Shown in pieces: positions 54,342 through 64,000 of a stretch of DNA of 64,000 nucleotides. The notes below the pieces were generated by a model that did no database searches, was not told the DNA's origin, and worked only from the letters and a program-made list of their open reading frames with translations. The stretch covers positions 3,461-67,460 of the forward strand of contig CBDUBC010000003.1 of NCBI GenBank assembly GCA_965365285.1, given 5' to 3'. Numbering within the stretch: position 1 is the stretch's first letter; the number at the start of each line of letters is the position of its first letter. Both the position numbers and the translations under genes were made by a program. The stretch is from an uncultured bacterium (GTDB lineage: Bacteria; Bdellovibrionota; Bacteriovoracia; Bacteriovoracales; Bacteriovoracaceae).

Positions 54342-55022
54342 ATGTTTTTGATTTTCTTAATTTTTTCATTAGGAGTTCATTCTCAAACTCTACCTCGGCC
54401 GCACAACAGCGGTTGGAATCTAATCCTTGAAGAAAATTTTGATGGACCTATTAATTCTAAACTATGGAATACCAAAAATGACGACCTCCTTGAAATCACT
54501 ACAGAAGGTAGATTAAAGATTCGCTCGATTTTTGACTCACAGAATGATCAATGGAGAAGTGGGGCTTTAAACACGAAAGATAAGTTTAAATTCAAGTACG
54601 GCCTAATTGAAACAAAAATTCACTTGCCGTCGCAAGATGGTAATCTACCCCGCTTCCTTCTAAAAAGTCATGGCCCTCACCCCTATGTCGATATCGATCT
54701 TTATAAACAAGAAAAAAGACTCGACTCCTTTACTCACGCGGTGAATTGGTATTGGGATCGCCGGGTTATTCCCAAGTTTAAACTCAAAAGGAGCCATCAT
54801 CTTAAAGATGAGGATCAAACTGATGTTATTATCACAATGATTTGGAAGCCCTATGAAGTCATTTTTTATGTTGATGGTGAAGAGATCTGGAAAAAGTTCA
54901 TCCAAGTGAAATTTATGAAGGATATATACCTTGAGATCTATGGTCTTTTGGATAAATCCATCAAAAAGGATTTCGAGGGTGAATGGTCTATAGACTTCAT
55001 CAAAGTCTATCAGCGACGTTAA
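54342..55022 (+). CDS. Secreted GH16/concanavalin-like protein with a degenerate catalytic motif
   Basis: 226 aa. Signal peptide, then WNLILEENFDG ... LWNT, SGALNT and KYGLIETKIHLP match the GH16 framework. The expected ExDxxE strand reads YVDIDL. Confidence 0.55.
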   Translation: MFLIFLIFSLGVHSQTLPRPHNSGWNLILEENFDGPINSKLWNTKNDDLLEITTEGRLKIRSIFDSQNDQWRSGALNTKDKFKFKYGLIETKIHLPSQDGNLPRFLLKSHGPHPYVDIDLYKQEKRLDSFTHAVNWYWDRRVIPKFKLKRSHHLKDEDQTDVIITMIWKPYEVIFYVDGEEIWKKFIQVKFMKDIYLEIYGLLDKSIKKDFEGEWSIDFIKVYQRR

Positions 55023-55408
55023 TCTAAAAAATACTCTTTTTCTTTTTCATTAGGTAAACGACAAGTATCTCTTTTTCCAAAAATTTCATAGCGGTTTTTT
55101 GCAACGATATCATAAAAATAATCTCTCATAAATCGAGGAAAAATCCTAAAAATGATCAAAAGGTTCCACGGAAAGCTCATGAGAGAAAATATTTGAAGAA
55201 CCGCCTCACTCTTAACGAAAAGCTTACCCCTGTGAGAAAAAACAACTGTTTTTAGGTCATGATGAGCTTTAAGATGCTCCTTTGCATAATTCCCTTGTAA
55301 TGAGGCCATCTTAAATATGTTTTGTTTATCTCTACGAATGATAAAGTCTATAAAGCCATTACATAGTCCACAAACACCATCAAAAAATATTATCGATTTT
55401 TCATTCAT
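55019..55408 (-). CDS. DCC-family thiol-disulfide oxidoreductase (DUF393)
   Basis: 129 aa with N-terminal FFDGVCGLCNGFIDF. Confidence 0.75.
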   Translation of the reverse strand: MNEKSIIFFDGVCGLCNGFIDFIIRRDKQNIFKMASLQGNYAKEHLKAHHDLKTVVFSHRGKLFVKSEAVLQIFSLMSFPWNLLIIFRIFPRFMRDYFYDIVAKNRYEIFGKRDTCRLPNEKEKEYFLD

Positions 55409-55494
55409 GAATCTATTTTAGCATATCGCCCTTAAATTACTAATAAGAGAATGAGGATAACCGAAAAGTAAGTTGAAATTCAGGAGATTAAAGC

Positions 55495-57267
55495 TTGGTA
55501 ATCATTAAGAAATTTCGATCCGTTGGGGTCAAAATCACTATGACTTTTTTAATCGCAGGACTTTTGCCACTTGTGGTGACCTCAATATTTAACAGTATCA
55601 TTGTTAAGGAAATCTTAGACTTCTCAGAAACGAAAAATCTTTTTTCTATTACTCAACTCCAGGCCAATGTCATTAAGAATATTGTACTTATTCGTCATAA
55701 TGAAATTAATTCTCTTAATCAAGAACTTCAGGAAACATCTAAACTTGTTTCAAATAACAGCCCAAAGGTTATAGAAGAATATATTAGACTTTTAAAAGTA
55801 AATAAACATTTTCAAACCATCACCGTATTGAACCAAAGCAAAGACATCATCTATCTAGAAGGTCAAACAGGCGACGAAGTGATGCTCCCAAAACTAGTTT
55901 TAAGCTTTCTCGGAGATCTCAATCCTAGTCGAAATATACTCATGACCCCATTCTATTTAAATAAAAATAACCACATCGAGCAGTCCATCATTAACTATAT
56001 GATTATTGATAATAAGCCTTTCTATGGAATTTTTAGCTATCTTCTACAAGATGCCCCTGGCATAAGTGATGTCATTATTGGACTTGAGTTAACAGGTGCT
56101 TTTTATGGAGGTGTGCCAAAGGGTGATAAGATTTACTATCAAAATCTTATGGAGCCTCAAAAAGCTATTGAGGTTGGTGATGAAGATATTGATAAAGAAG
56201 ATGAATTTCAATTAGATGAAAAGGTCTCTTTTTATAATAAAATTCCAGGCTACGACGCTCTGTTTGTTCGCTACTTTCATGAGGAGCTCGGTTTGTACAT
56301 CATGGTCAAAAAAGACTGGTCCGAAATCTATAGCCAATTTAAAGATTGGAATTTTAAAATTATCGGAGGTATCACGGCCACCTCCATAATGATTTTGCTC
56401 TTAGCCTTAGTCGTCTCGAAATACCTCTCTACTCCCATTATTAGACTACGAGATGAAATACAAAAGATTTTACAATCAGGTAAAATTGATGTTGCTCTAG
56501 ATGACATCGATCGAAATGATGAACTTGGAAACCTGGCCTCAAGCTTTCATGAGCTTATGGATAATCTATCGACTTCTAATAAAGCAAAGAGACAGTTTGT
56601 ACACATTCTATGTCACGATCTTAAAAATCCTATTGGTGCGGCTTCTTTGGCCATTGAAATGTGTATGGCAAAACCAGATAGATCAACCAAATACCTCCCT
56701 AAGGCCCTTGATCAACTCAAAAATGGAATAGATGTCATTGACCTCGTCCGAACAATGGAAGCACTCGATGATGGTAAGGTCCAACTCGAGCTAAGTACTA
56801 TAAATCTCAATCACGCTTTAAATGCCTCATTAGAAACCCTCGAAGAAAATATTGAGTCTAAAAATATTCAAGTTAAAAAAGAGGTAGATCCTAGTTTAGA
56901 GGTTGTGGCACAAGAGATCTCTCTGGTAAACTCAGTGTTAAATAATATTCTCACCAATGCGATTAAATTTTCGCCGAGAGGTGGGGTCATAGAAATCAGT
57001 GGCTCAGAGGAGGATGGTTTTATTAACTTATACTTCAAAGATCATGGCATCGGTATGCCTAGGAAACTTCTCTCCAAGATTTTCGATGCCAATGAAACAA
57101 CTTCACGACGTGGAACTGATGGTGAAAAAGGAACAGGGTATGGAATGCCTCTGGTGAAGAAGTTCATTCAAAATTATGGTGGAGAAATCACTGTAGAAAG
57201 TACTGAGGAAAAAGAAGATCCTGAAAATCATGGAACCACTATAAAAATAAAATTTAAGAAACCTTAA
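55495..57267 (+). CDS. Sensor histidine kinase (two TM, large periplasmic domain, HAMP, HisKA, HATPase)
   Basis: 590 aa. H-box HILCHDLKNPI, N-box NNILTNAIKFS, G1 DHGIGM, G2 GTGYGMPLV. TTG start in the track. No response regulator is adjacent. Confidence 0.85.
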   Translation: MVIIKKFRSVGVKITMTFLIAGLLPLVVTSIFNSIIVKEILDFSETKNLFSITQLQANVIKNIVLIRHNEINSLNQELQETSKLVSNNSPKVIEEYIRLLKVNKHFQTITVLNQSKDIIYLEGQTGDEVMLPKLVLSFLGDLNPSRNILMTPFYLNKNNHIEQSIINYMIIDNKPFYGIFSYLLQDAPGISDVIIGLELTGAFYGGVPKGDKIYYQNLMEPQKAIEVGDEDIDKEDEFQLDEKVSFYNKIPGYDALFVRYFHEELGLYIMVKKDWSEIYSQFKDWNFKIIGGITATSIMILLLALVVSKYLSTPIIRLRDEIQKILQSGKIDVALDDIDRNDELGNLASSFHELMDNLSTSNKAKRQFVHILCHDLKNPIGAASLAIEMCMAKPDRSTKYLPKALDQLKNGIDVIDLVRTMEALDDGKVQLELSTINLNHALNASLETLEENIESKNIQVKKEVDPSLEVVAQEISLVNSVLNNILTNAIKFSPRGGVIEISGSEEDGFINLYFKDHGIGMPRKLLSKIFDANETTSRRGTDGEKGTGYGMPLVKKFIQNYGGEITVESTEEKEDPENHGTTIKIKFKKP

Positions 57268-57268
57268 A

Positions 57269-58045
57269 ATGGAACTTATTCAATTTAGACCATTTCTGTT
57301 TATTATGACCTTCCTAATTTTTTGGAGTCTTGAGCATTTTTTTCTTTATCGAAAGTGGAGATTAACTCGGAAGCAGCGATGGCCTGGAAACTTTGGACTT
57401 ATTGTTTTAAACTCTCTTATCCTGAAGTTTGCACTTCCCATGACATCTCTCCAATTTGCGGAATATGTGCAAGAAAAGGAGCTCTCCATCCTCTTTTCTC
57501 ATTCCTTCCCTATGAAAGAGGTCTTCTTGTTTTTCATGCTCGACTTGGCAATTTATATTCAACATGTTCTTACACATAAGGTTCCTCTTTTTTGGAGGTT
57601 TCATAAGGTTCACCATATTGACAGTGATCTCGATGTTACGAGCGGCTTTCGTTTTCATCCCATTGAGATCTTTTTTTCTCAAATCTATAAAATGGGATGG
57701 ATTCTTTTACTGGGCCCATCTGTCATGACCGTTTTTCTCTTTGAGGTCTTTTTGAATAGCTTAGCGATGTTTAACCACTCTAATTTTTACATACCACCTG
57801 CTATTGAAAAGACCCTTCGCTGGGTTTTAGTAACACCACAAATGCATATTATTCATCATAGCGTCGAACAAAGTGAATCGGATACCAATTATGGCTTTCA
57901 GCTTAGTGTTTGGGATCGAATATTTGGAACCTATACGGATGAATTTAAATCAACTGGAGTTATTGGACAAAAGGGCCATGAAAAAGCTGAGGATCAAAAC
58001 ATCATCAACCTCTTACTAGGCCCATTTAAAAACAAATCGTCTTAA
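57269..58045 (+). CDS. Fatty acid hydroxylase/sterol desaturase-family membrane di-iron enzyme
   Basis: 258 aa with histidine boxes HVLTHK, HKVHH and HIIHH. Starts 1 nt after the kinase stop. Confidence 0.75.
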   Translation: MELIQFRPFLFIMTFLIFWSLEHFFLYRKWRLTRKQRWPGNFGLIVLNSLILKFALPMTSLQFAEYVQEKELSILFSHSFPMKEVFLFFMLDLAIYIQHVLTHKVPLFWRFHKVHHIDSDLDVTSGFRFHPIEIFFSQIYKMGWILLLGPSVMTVFLFEVFLNSLAMFNHSNFYIPPAIEKTLRWVLVTPQMHIIHHSVEQSESDTNYGFQLSVWDRIFGTYTDEFKSTGVIGQKGHEKAEDQNIINLLLGPFKNKSS

Positions 58046-58812
58046 AAAATTTCGTCAAAAAATTGAAGAGTCGCTCTCCACGAAAGCTCATCTGCCTCTT
58101 TATTGTACTCTAAAGGTAAACTAAATTTCTTACCAAGTTCAGTTGCTTCAGGATTAGTAAACCCGTGTTTAGCACCCTTGATATTCTCAAATCGGTAATC
58201 AACTTTCGCTCTTCGCATTTCTTTTTTGAAAGCTACAATATCTTTTTTAGGAACAAACCCATCAGCTGCACCATTAAAAACAAGAACCTTAGCTTTTACA
58301 TTACCTCTTCTAGCTTTTTTGAGAGGTGTCAAACTTCCGTGAAAGCTGACCACACCTTGAAGATCTAAACCCATACGCGCCATATTGAGTACAATTCCTC
58401 CACCGAAGCAGTAACCTATAGCAGCGATACGATCAGCGTCCACGTTTGGATCGTTTTTGAGCATTTCAACCACTTTCTCAAACTTCTTTTTCACCATATC
58501 AGGGTCTTTTAAAGTTTCGGATGAAAATTTCATTGCCTCTTTAGGGTGACCTGCTCTGATTCCTTTACCGTACATATCCACTGCAAAAGCATGGTAACCT
58601 AACTCGCTGAGCATATCTGCTCTTTTTCTAGCGTATTCATTTAGTCCCCACCATTCGTGCACAACAATAACGGCCGGTTTTTTTTCTTCACCTTTTGCCT
58701 TAGAGTAATATCCAGAAAACTCTTGGTTATCGACTTTATAGGTCACTTCCTTTTTTAAAGTCGAGCATGATGCAAGTAATGTGAGGGCGAATAAAACCAA
58801 CAGATTCTTCAT
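58042..58812 (-). CDS. Dienelactone hydrolase-family lipoprotein
   Basis: 256 aa. Lipobox LLASC, then VVHEWWGLNEY, the nucleophile region GYCFGG and a C-terminal HGF. Confidence 0.75.
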   Translation of the reverse strand: MKNLLVLFALTLLASCSTLKKEVTYKVDNQEFSGYYSKAKGEEKKPAVIVVHEWWGLNEYARKRADMLSELGYHAFAVDMYGKGIRAGHPKEAMKFSSETLKDPDMVKKKFEKVVEMLKNDPNVDADRIAAIGYCFGGGIVLNMARMGLDLQGVVSFHGSLTPLKKARRGNVKAKVLVFNGAADGFVPKKDIVAFKKEMRRAKVDYRFENIKGAKHGFTNPEATELGKKFSLPLEYNKEADELSWRATLQFFDEIF

Positions 58813-58873
58813 TGATATCTCCTTATAAGCTATTCGAAAAATTTTCTGAATTATATAACCTTGGACAATTCTA

Positions 58874-59299
58874 ATGCAACTCCTTTATATTGAGCATATG
58901 GATAAAACACCTCGCTCAATTTTTGCATTACTTTGTATGCTGGCCATCAATATTATTTTAAGCATCGTCAGCCTTTCTATGAATTATTCCAATATGATTG
59001 AGTTTCTCAAGAGTAAAAACCTCGACTTAGGTGTCTCTTATCCTATGTTCATTATATTGATTTTTGTCATTACATCCTTTCTCCAAATCTCTATTGGAAT
59101 TGGGATTTATTTTAGACTGAATTGGGTTAGGATTATTTACCTTGTCTTCACTTTTATTGGACTTCCATTTAGTCTTATGGCATTTCGTTTTTTTGAATTT
59201 AATTATGATGGGTTTCAAAAGCTCTACGGTTTGGTGATGTCTCTTTTTATTATTTATGTTTTGTTTAAAGAGAAGCAATGGTTTAAGACAAATGCATAA
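58874..59299 (+). CDS. Hypothetical integral membrane protein
   Basis: 141 aa with four hydrophobic segments. No family recognised. Confidence 0.4.
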   Translation: MQLLYIEHMDKTPRSIFALLCMLAINIILSIVSLSMNYSNMIEFLKSKNLDLGVSYPMFIILIFVITSFLQISIGIGIYFRLNWVRIIYLVFTFIGLPFSLMAFRFFEFNYDGFQKLYGLVMSLFIIYVLFKEKQWFKTNA

Positions 59300-60425
59300 G
59301 CTCACTTTTTCAAAAATCCTTTTTTACTTAGGGTTTCTCGTTGCCATATTTTATCCAAAAGCCTTCACTATGATTCTAAACCAAAGGATTGAGTATCCAG
59401 GTTTCTTCTTTGAGATCTATCAATGGCACTCCCATGAAATGATTTATGGTTTTTTTGGAATCATATTATTAGGAATTTTTTATTCTCCCCTCTTTCAAAA
59501 ACCCAAAGCTCCTGAAAAATGGATATCTCTTTTTTTTATATTCTTATTTATATTAGAAAGAGTTAGTCTTATTTTTCCGATTCAAAATATTTATATTCCT
59601 CTTTTATTTGGTGTTAATTTTTGGCTCTTCTCTCTTCTCTTTTTAGGTTTTAATTACTCCTCAATGGCCAACCTTCAAAAGAAGGTCTTTTGGATATATT
59701 TTCTCTTTATTGTTTCTAAGTTCTTCTTTCTTTCAGGAATATATTTTCAAAATGCAATATGGATCAAAAAAACACAGCTCATCTCATTAGAGCTTATTCG
59801 TCTGAGCATCTTTTTCTTACTTCCTAAAATTATTCGAATAGAAAATGGTTATCATGGAGAGGAAGATCGGGCCCAAAAATTCATTTCTAATCTTTCCGTT
59901 ATTCCAAGTCTACTTATCATTCTTCTTTTTTTATTCAATCAAGAAAATCCTATAATTGCTTTGGTCTATAGTTTTATGATTATCATTCATCTTATTCGAG
60001 CTTTTGGAATTATTGATTTTAAAGAAATCTTGACGCTCAAGAATTGTGTTCTCTTCTCGGTTTATGACTTTGCTCTTCTAGGTCCTCTTTTCTATATTCT
60101 TGTATTATTTTGGCCAAACCTTGATCAGGGACGCCCAATGATCCACTCTCTCACCACGGGCGCTGTAGGTGTATTTGCTCTCTCTCTTTTCTATCTCTTT
60201 TTTATTCAAAGAAATAATCAAAAAAGTAAGTGGTTTGCGGTTGCTTATATTTTTGTTGTGTTTGGAAGTCTCTTAAGAATTTTCACTCCAATCTTTAGTC
60301 CTGGAATTTTGCTCGGTAGCCTTCACTGGTCCAGTGGATTTTGGGTAAGTGGATTTCTTCTTATTCTTTTGCGATTTTTTAAAGAACTTAGTCGTGGGCA
60401 AGTCGAAAGCCCTGCTGATAACTAA
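59256..60425 (+). CDS. NnrS-family polytopic membrane protein
   Basis: About 12 TM segments. WHSHEMIYGFF matches the NnrS HxHEMxFG block. The likely start is ATG 59292 (MHKLTF). Confidence 0.65.
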   Translation: MFCLKRSNGLRQMHKLTFSKILFYLGFLVAIFYPKAFTMILNQRIEYPGFFFEIYQWHSHEMIYGFFGIILLGIFYSPLFQKPKAPEKWISLFFIFLFILERVSLIFPIQNIYIPLLFGVNFWLFSLLFLGFNYSSMANLQKKVFWIYFLFIVSKFFFLSGIYFQNAIWIKKTQLISLELIRLSIFFLLPKIIRIENGYHGEEDRAQKFISNLSVIPSLLIILLFLFNQENPIIALVYSFMIIIHLIRAFGIIDFKEILTLKNCVLFSVYDFALLGPLFYILVLFWPNLDQGRPMIHSLTTGAVGVFALSLFYLFFIQRNNQKSKWFAVAYIFVVFGSLLRIFTPIFSPGILLGSLHWSSGFWVSGFLLILLRFFKELSRGQVESPADN

Positions 60426-61191
60426 GCTTATCATTGACCCTGCCATAACCACGGTGAGAGATTCTTAGAATAAAATCTGGACTATACCAACTTCCTCCTC
60501 GAATCACTTTATTGGTTCCTTTTTTAGGACCGGTTGGGTTTCGTCTTGGGCTTCTATTATAGTATCGATCATCATACCAATCAGAAACCCACTCCCATAC
60601 ATTTCCACTCATATCATAAAGACCAAAATCATTTGGTTTTTTAGTGGCCACATCTTTTGGACCTTCAGCTACATTATCACTGAACCAAGCATAATCACCG
60701 ATATTGACCACAGAGTTTCCATGAATATAAGTTGATTCATTTCCAGCACGGGCACTGTATTCCCACTCTGCTTCGGTAGGAAGTCTATAGGTTTTAGACG
60801 ATTTACTATTTAAGAGATTCAGAAAATCTTGAACTTTAATGAATTTCACATTTTCAACAGGTCTATTAGGGCAAAGTCGAACACCATCAATAATCTTGTG
60901 GTTATGAGGACAGTCAGCTTCTTCTTGAAAATGGGAAGGGTTAAAACCCATTACAGTAAACCACTGCATTTGGGTGACTTCTGTTTTCCCCATATAGAAA
61001 GAATTCGTTATGGTTACCTTGTGTCGTTTTTCATCTTTATAACGACCAGGCTCTTTTCGAGGGCTCCCCATCCAAAATTTACCTTTAGGGATTTTTTTAA
61101 ATTCGAGTAAATTTTCGACGGGGTGTTGTGAGTATGATGGCATGGAAAACAACAGTGACCATAGTAGTAAAGTTACTTTTGAAATCTTCAT
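60388..61191 (-). CDS. Secreted formylglycine-generating-enzyme (SUMF1/FGE) family protein
   Basis: 267 aa. Signal peptide, then YRLPTEAEWEYSARAG, GNVWEWVSDWY and IRGGSW. Confidence 0.8.
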   Translation of the reverse strand: MKISKVTLLLWSLLFSMPSYSQHPVENLLEFKKIPKGKFWMGSPRKEPGRYKDEKRHKVTITNSFYMGKTEVTQMQWFTVMGFNPSHFQEEADCPHNHKIIDGVRLCPNRPVENVKFIKVQDFLNLLNSKSSKTYRLPTEAEWEYSARAGNESTYIHGNSVVNIGDYAWFSDNVAEGPKDVATKKPNDFGLYDMSGNVWEWVSDWYDDRYYNRSPRRNPTGPKKGTNKVIRGGSWYSPDFILRISHRGYGRVNDKLSYQQGFRLAHD

Positions 61192-61233
61192 GCCATCATC
61201 CTTGATAGAAAATTAATTAAGTAAATCTACTTA

Positions 61234-61551
61234 TTAATTATCACCATGTTTTCTGAAATTACCACCCCTCGGTCCATTAAAGTTTTTTCTTGGTGGTCGA
61301 TCAGTTTTTTCTTTAGCAAAGTTAATTCGTAGGTTTCTTCCATCAAATTCCTTTCCATCTAAAGAGTCAATAGCCGCTTGGGCTTCATCTTGTGTTGTCA
61401 TTTCAACAAAACCAAATCCTCTACTTCTTCCAGTTTCTCTATCTGTAATGATTCTTACAGAAGCAACCTCTCCGAAGTCAGCAAAAAGGTTATTTAAACC
61501 CTCTTCATTAGTGTTAAAAGAAATGTTACCTACGTATAGTTTCGAGCTCAT
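61234..61551 (-). CDS. RRM-type RNA-binding protein with an RGG-like tail
   Basis: 105 aa. RNP2 KLYVGNI, RNP1 RGFGFVEM, and a basic C-terminal PRKNFNGPRGGNFRK. Confidence 0.85.
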   Translation of the reverse strand: MSSKLYVGNISFNTNEEGLNNLFADFGEVASVRIITDRETGRSRGFGFVEMTTQDEAQAAIDSLDGKEFDGRNLRINFAKEKTDRPPRKNFNGPRGGNFRKHGDN

Positions 61552-61833
61552 TAAAACCTCCTACGGATGAGCATAAGTGAGTAAATATGGAATAAGTCTG
61601 GGATAAATTTAGAGGGCATTATTTAGAGATACTTTGAAAAAATCGGATAAGTTCCTTAGTGAAAAACAAGGCCTATAGGCCACTTAGTAGTTCAATTTTC
61701 TCCCAAGTCCGAATTTAAGTCAAGGAAATCAGGCAAAATAACGCGAAGCTACCGTAACCCCTCGGTATTATATATTTTATCCTATGTATAAAATACCCTG
61801 TCCTTTTCGGCCAAAATAGCTTAACTTCCTCTG

Positions 61834-63654
61834 ATGAAAACACCTCTTAAAAATATTGCAATCGTAGCACACGTTGACCATGGAAAAACAACCATGGTCG
61901 ATGAACTTCTTAAACAATCCAACACTCTTGGAGAAAGAACCCAAATTGAAGAAAGAGTTATGGACTCCGGTGAACTCGAAAAAGAACGAGGGATTACCAT
62001 AACCGCAAAGAACTGTAGTTTTAGATGGAAGGATCACAAGATCAATCTACTCGATACCCCTGGACACGCCGACTTTGGTGGGGAGGTTGAAAGATCCTTA
62101 ATGATGGTCGATGGTATTTTACTTCTGGTTGATGCTGCTGAAGGGCCTCTTCCACAAACTCGTTTCGTTCTTTCCAAGGCAATGGAAAAGGATCTCAAAA
62201 TTGGTGTTATTATCAATAAAATTGATCGTCCTGACCAAAGAATTGAAGAGGTAGAGTCTGAAATTGAAGACCTTTTCCTTGATCTGGCCGATATTCTTCA
62301 CAAAACAGACTTTGACCTCGATATTCCAATTTACTATGCCTCTGCAAAAAATGGTATTTCAAGAAAATCTATGGATGAAGAAGATCAAGATCTTACCCCT
62401 ATTTTAGACTTTATCTGTAGTGACTTTTTTCCAGAACCGACCATATCCCCGGGTGAAGATTTTCAAATGCTCGTTACAAACCTCACTTATTCGTCATATC
62501 TTGGCCCGCAGGTCGTTGGAAGAATTCAAAGAGGGACAGTTACTCGAAATACTAGCTTTACCCACTGTGATGCTGGCGACAGAAACAAAACCTTTAAAGT
62601 AACCAATATTCAAATCTTTGACGGCCTAGGAACGACAGAAGTTGATGAAGCTTCAGCGGGAGAAATCGTAATCCTTGCTGGTCTTGAGAACGGAGATATT
62701 GGTGACACGATCTGTTCTAACAATAAAATTGAACCGCTTGAAAGAATTCAGGTAGAACCACCTACAGTGTCTGTTACGGTTTCCGTAAATACGTCACCAA
62801 ACTCTGGTCGAGAGGGTGAATACCTCACCAGTAGAAGACTTGAGGAATTCCTTGAAAACGCCTGTCGACATAATGTGGCACTTAAATATGCTCCAACTTC
62901 AGACCCAAAGGAATTTGAACTAAAAGGTAGAGGGGAACTTCAACTTGCCATCGTATTTGAAGAGATTAGAAGAGCTGGTTTTGAGCTTATGGTTGCAAGA
63001 CCACAAGTTCTAATGAGAACTATAGATGATCAAAAGCATGAGCCGTATGAGTGGCTTGTTATTGATGCTCCTCAAGACTCTGTTGGTTCTATTACCGATG
63101 AGCTTTCTAGAAGAAAAGGGCTCATGAAATCACTCCATCCGCTCGGATCTGATCGAACCAGAATAGAGTTTGAGATTCCTTCTCGAGGTCTGATTGGTTA
63201 CCGTTCTAAATTCCTCACAGATACGCGAGGGGAAGGTATTATGTCTTCACAATTTCTTGAGTATAGACCTTATGCTGGTGATCTTCTGGGTCGAGTTAAT
63301 GGTGCAATCATCTCTGACCGAACTGGAAAAGCGACTCCCTATGCTCTTTTTAATCTTCTCCCTAATGGAAAACAATTCATCATTCCTGGTGAAAATGTTT
63401 ACGAGGGTCAGGTAATCGGTGAACATACTAAATCCAATGATATCAACGTAAACTGTGTAAGAGAAAAGCACCTCAGTTCCGTTCGAACTGCAGGTAAAGA
63501 CGTCAACGTCGCTCTTCCTCCTATTCAAAAGCGAACACTTGAATGGGCCATGGACTGGATTGATAACGATGAATGGGTTGAGATTACACCTGCATCTGTA
63601 CGGATTCGTAAGAAAAACCTTAATAAATCAACTCGATCTGTTGTTCGAAGTTAA
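61834..63654 (+). CDS. typA: Translational GTPase TypA/BipA
   Basis: 606 aa with [26 protein letters not shown] and NKIDR. Full-length domain order is typical of BipA. Confidence 0.95.
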   Translation: MKTPLKNIAIVAHVDHGKTTMVDELLKQSNTLGERTQIEERVMDSGELEKERGITITAKNCSFRWKDHKINLLDTPGHADFGGEVERSLMMVDGILLLVDAAEGPLPQTRFVLSKAMEKDLKIGVIINKIDRPDQRIEEVESEIEDLFLDLADILHKTDFDLDIPIYYASAKNGISRKSMDEEDQDLTPILDFICSDFFPEPTISPGEDFQMLVTNLTYSSYLGPQVVGRIQRGTVTRNTSFTHCDAGDRNKTFKVTNIQIFDGLGTTEVDEASAGEIVILAGLENGDIGDTICSNNKIEPLERIQVEPPTVSVTVSVNTSPNSGREGEYLTSRRLEEFLENACRHNVALKYAPTSDPKEFELKGRGELQLAIVFEEIRRAGFELMVARPQVLMRTIDDQKHEPYEWLVIDAPQDSVGSITDELSRRKGLMKSLHPLGSDRTRIEFEIPSRGLIGYRSKFLTDTRGEGIMSSQFLEYRPYAGDLLGRVNGAIISDRTGKATPYALFNLLPNGKQFIIPGENVYEGQVIGEHTKSNDINVNCVREKHLSSVRTAGKDVNVALPPIQKRTLEWAMDWIDNDEWVEITPASVRIRKKNLNKSTRSVVRS

Positions 63655-64000
63655 AAAGCTTTTATCTTTTGTGTAGTGATAGCCTATTTGACTATCACTA
63701 TACATCCATTCCTTTCCTTCAGGACAACTCATTCGAACCTTAACCCATTTTTGCCAAGAGCTGCCTTTCAGGGCCTTTTTAAGAGCTTCCTCGCATGGTT
63801 TAGAACAGCTTGGGCAGGGAGCATAGTCCTCTTTTACCTCCTCCTCATATCTTTGATCTAAGATTAGGATGCTTCTTAAGGAAAACCACATTCCATACTC
63901 AGAGTGCACAAGCAAATGAGCTGGCCCTAAGTGAGCTAGTCCACTTAGATGAGCTATTTTTTGAAAAGGAAAATAATCTGGGTTTTTATCTGAATAATGA
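63628..64000 (-). CDS. Hypothetical protein, partial (N-terminus beyond the right window edge); possibly MMACHC/CblC-like C-terminal region
   Basis: The track starts it at TTG 63915, but my translation stays open upstream to position 64000 (…DKNPDYFPFQKIAHLSGLAHLGPAHLLVHSEYGMWFSLRSILIL…). HSEYGMWFSLR recalls HPRFGGWFAIR of MMACHC. Weak call. Confidence 0.45.
   Translation of the reverse strand, partial: HYSDKNPDYFPFQKIAHLSGLAHLGPAHLLVHSEYGMWFSLRSILILDQRYEEEVKEDYAPCPSCSKPCEEALKKALKGSSWQKWVKVRMSCPEGKEWMYSDSQIGYHYTKDKSFLTSNNRSS

Overview
AT-rich, very gene-dense chromosomal segment with about 70 protein-coding genes and one tRNA-Val(GAC). I see no rRNA, CRISPR array, transposase, integrase or obvious prophage. 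The backbone is housekeeping. It includes a speD-speE polyamine operon, menB, mtnA, mgsA, a complete seven-gene Mrp cation/proton antiporter operon, Fe-S carrier genes (NFU1-like, ApbC), msrA, hppD, copZ-copA and typA. Between these lie many secreted or envelope proteins of unknown function. The gene content and base composition suggest a Bdellovibrio/Bacteriovorax-type predatory bacterium, but that is inference only. I found no canonical defence or mobile system. The loci most worth follow-up are: (1) a two-protease module, where a kexin-like lipoprotein subtilase has a long coiled-coil N-terminus and no propeptide, and a small downstream gene ends like an I9 propeptide; (2) an intrinsic-terminator-like hairpin that holds the start codon of that protease gene in its loop; (3) a secreted protein made of four 36-aa two-cysteine repeats; (4) a family of large secreted helical proteins with two copies in the window; (5) a lipoprotein MsrA translationally coupled to an LMF1-like membrane protein; (6) a zinc-peptidase plus ATP-grasp pair and an orphan QEGLA/DUF1704 peptidase; (7) a minimal di-iron oxygenase plus reductase pair; (8) a eukaryotic-type AdoMet decarboxylase; (9) a LysR-controlled M20-GNAT-HDAC operon. 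All product calls come from motif recognition by eye; no database search was run.
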